A stretch of DNA of 63,862 nt, counting the filler, from Hyphochytrium catenoides (Eukaryota > Protista > Hyphochytriomycota): NCBI GenBank assembly GCA_900088475.1. It is 14 parts of 14 records of this genome, joined end to end, with 100 filler letters (N's around TTAATTAATTAA, not from the genome) between each part and the next. Parts side by side here need not be neighbours in the genome. Positions count along the whole stretch, not along the records: positions 61,556 to 63,862 come from FLMG01000090.1; 13 more parts are not named here. One strand, given 5' to 3'. The notes under the pieces were generated by a model. The model saw only the letters and a program-made list of their open reading frames with translations, did no database searches and was not told where the DNA came from. The first letter of the stretch is position 1. Every line of letters begins with the position of its first letter. Positions 61,597-63,862 of this stretch are shown here, piece after piece. The position numbers were made by a program, and so were the translations under genes.

Positions 61597-62872
61597 TCAG
61601 CCAACGTTTTCCGTGCAGCACGGCGCCATGGGAGAACTTAACCTGTTCACTAACTGGCTGTCTACCGCGTCCCAAGCCGCTGGGAGTTTTGTAGAGACTG
61701 CAGTGCTGTTCTCTTGATCTAAAGAAAGGTACTTGCCGTGAAACGTGCGCACAGCCATCCCTGTATCAACCATCACAAGCTGAAATGTCTCCCAGGTAGA
61801 GTTCACCTGCCGATTGGCAACTACTTCGTCGGATGGCTCAGCACAAAGGAACTTTCCTGAGAGAATTATAGAGGTCGACAAAGTTAGGGAGCGCCCTTGT
61901 ACAAATACATATCGAGAGGGTGAGATAGAAACTATGATCCTCACCATGGACGCTGCGCAAGAAGATCTCGCCGCCCTCCGAAAGCCAAGCCTCCCAGTGC
62001 ATAGACTTGCTTTTCTTCTTAGGATGGCTCTTGGTGGTATAAACATGACCATTCGAGTCAGCGCAAAGCACTTCTCCACTCTTTCCTTGCAGTGTAAGCA
62101 TACAGAACCAGTTGCTAACAGGATTTTCTAACGAACGAAGAGAGCGAGGGATGCTCATGACCATAGGCACCTACGGAAAAAGAGAGCGCTTACTTGAGGG
62201 TTGCCGCGACAGGACCAAACCTTCTCATAAGGATACTTCAAGTTCATGTTGCACTGACCTTCCTAAAGCATTCGTTGCCATTGTGGAGGTAGAGGGCTTT
62301 TGCACCTGCTTTTTGGCTAAATCCCCAATCGCGATAGAGACCGACAAGCTTGTCATGCCTTCGGGTATCTTCCTCTGCCTCCAAGAACAGCTCATCGACA
62401 CCAAGAATTGCCAAGGACTTCAAGCAAGCCAGGAAAAGAACCTTACTAAGGCCGTGGCCGCGATATTTTTGGTGGACTGTGATCGACTTGATATGGGCGG
62501 AGAGGCCGTGGTGCCCACCGCCCTCCATCAGGAGACTCTTGTCTTCTTTATGGACAGTGAATATAAGCTTGCCTATTGCTCCTCGCCGATCCCTGGCAAA
62601 AGCTACCCATCGCCATTCGCCCGTCGCATGATCATATGTACCCTAGACGACGCCAAATACGAGTACGTGACGCACTGGGTGTTATGTTCAAGTCTGGCTA
62701 AGCCTAACAATTACTCGCTCACCTCAATTCGAAACTGGGGCGCCGAGATCACATCGTCCAAGTATACAATCTTTGGTTCCACAAGGATGGTTTCAAGTAA
62801 CTCAGCTTCATCTTGCTCTGGACAAGGCTCCGGCGTGTCTGCCTTTCTCATCCCAACCCCTGAGAGAACCAT
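61597..62872 (-). CDS. GNAT acetyltransferase fused to fascin-like beta-trefoil repeats (may continue past the contig end)
   Basis: GNAT motif A HIKSITVHQKYRGHGLSKVL and motif B LFLEAEED...LVGLYRDWGF. Then FLRSVHGKFLCAEPSDEVVANR...WETF and AVRTFHGKYLS (fascin-type repeats). Exons are phase-compatible. Confidence 0.8.
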
Positions 62873-63862
62873 GCTTCTAATTGAGTAAGCAGAGGACTCC
62901 TCGTGGCTCTTCAATCTCGTTCAGCTCATGGAATGAGCACTACAGCAGATTGACTCTTCGCCTGCATCACCTTCAGCCGCCAATCTTCAAAAAGGGATCC
63001 CTTGACTTTAAGGGCCACAGAAAACTTGCTTCAGATGCCCACAAACAAAAGCTTCAAAAGAAAATCTGCAGTCTTTATCTGCAATTATGGGCGAAAACGC
63101 ATTTACGTTCTCAGTTCTGGGCTTTTTTCGTTTCATTGGAGCACGAGGAACAAAAACAATTTTTCGGACGAATTTGCAATTGCGTTTCAGAGGTATTGTT
63201 ACAGAAGTAGAAACAGGCTTATTACGGGCCAGTGCTGCATATTAGGGCTCACCCTCTACTACTGTACGTTCTGCGTGTGTGTATGTCTGTCTGTCGCCCC
63301 TCCAACTCTTGTTCTGTAGTTGTGTGTGGTGTGGGGTGTTGCCAGTTCTCTTCACTGCTACATCACTTAGAGCCATTTGTACTTGTTTCTGGCGATCGAG
63401 TATGTGCTTCATTAGAGTTAGTCCGCCTATGAAACTCAAGGCCATGGCCCTTAGAATGCGATCCAGGGCTCACCTTTGTCTGGATTCTGGGGTAAGTTTC
63501 AGGGCGAGGAAGCGGTTCTGCTGACTTGAAGTTGAGGTTGCCGTTGGAAGGACATGCATCATAACGCGTCATCCCACCCGCCTTGGACCATACCCACCAC
63601 CCTTAATCAAATCAAAGTTCAGACCATGTTGAGTAACTGGAGAGAAAAGACTCTCTGATTCTACCTTAGCTGATTATTTCGGCCCGCTGTAAAAATCTTT
63701 CTGCAGATGCAGATTCATCGTGTCTCTGCTTTTTCATCGGTCACTGGCGGGTGATCCGTCTCTCTTTGCTCGCTCTGAGCACCACTCCGAAGGCCGATGG
63801 ACCAGCGTGGACGTGGTTAAAACCTAGTCCGTCTCTGCTCTTTCATTGAATCTCATCTATAG

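Noticed and set aside
63242-63862. Minus-strand exon-like pieces at the window end
   Set aside because: Splice-like signals are present but no recognisable product.
1-63862. rRNA, tRNA or snRNA genes
   Set aside because: None was recognised by eye. A covariance-model scan (tRNAscan-SE, Infernal/Rfam) would be needed to exclude them.

Overview
This is eukaryotic, intron-rich genomic DNA, not prokaryotic. It is a concatenation of 14 separate sequence pieces joined by 13 artificial 100-bp spacers (N44-TTAATTAATTAA-N44), so adjacency across spacers means nothing. GT-AG introns loaded with (GA)n/(CT)n microsatellites produce most of the spurious SLSL/RERE ORFs in the track. Manual splicing recovers these genes: JMJD4-like, EFCAB11-like, a TMEM198/DUF4203-like membrane protein, an LRR protein, a WW-WW-B-box-SAM-WW protein, RPB8, a secreted subtilisin, the DNAAF5 3' end, a secreted orphan, a CPD photolyase, an FAD oxidoreductase, a choline/ethanolamine phosphotransferase, sepiapterin reductase, a WRKY19-like Zn-finger protein and a GNAT + fascin-like fusion. 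There are also remnants of an RLE-type non-LTR retrotransposon and a decayed DNA-transposon-like ORF. The gene set suggests a flagellated stramenopile-like protist (inference). The standout is an 18-exon gene of about 1,050 aa (28334-35306, minus strand) that the ORF track shows only as fragments. It encodes a signal peptide, mastigoneme-type EGF/Cys modules, Gly-Gly beta-repeats, and a C-terminal phage-tailspike-type self-cleaving chaperone (Peptidase S74/ICA, SDRRLK) with a coiled coil. It is a candidate secreted, self-processing trimeric fibre in a eukaryote. All exon models are hand-derived and no database searches were run.
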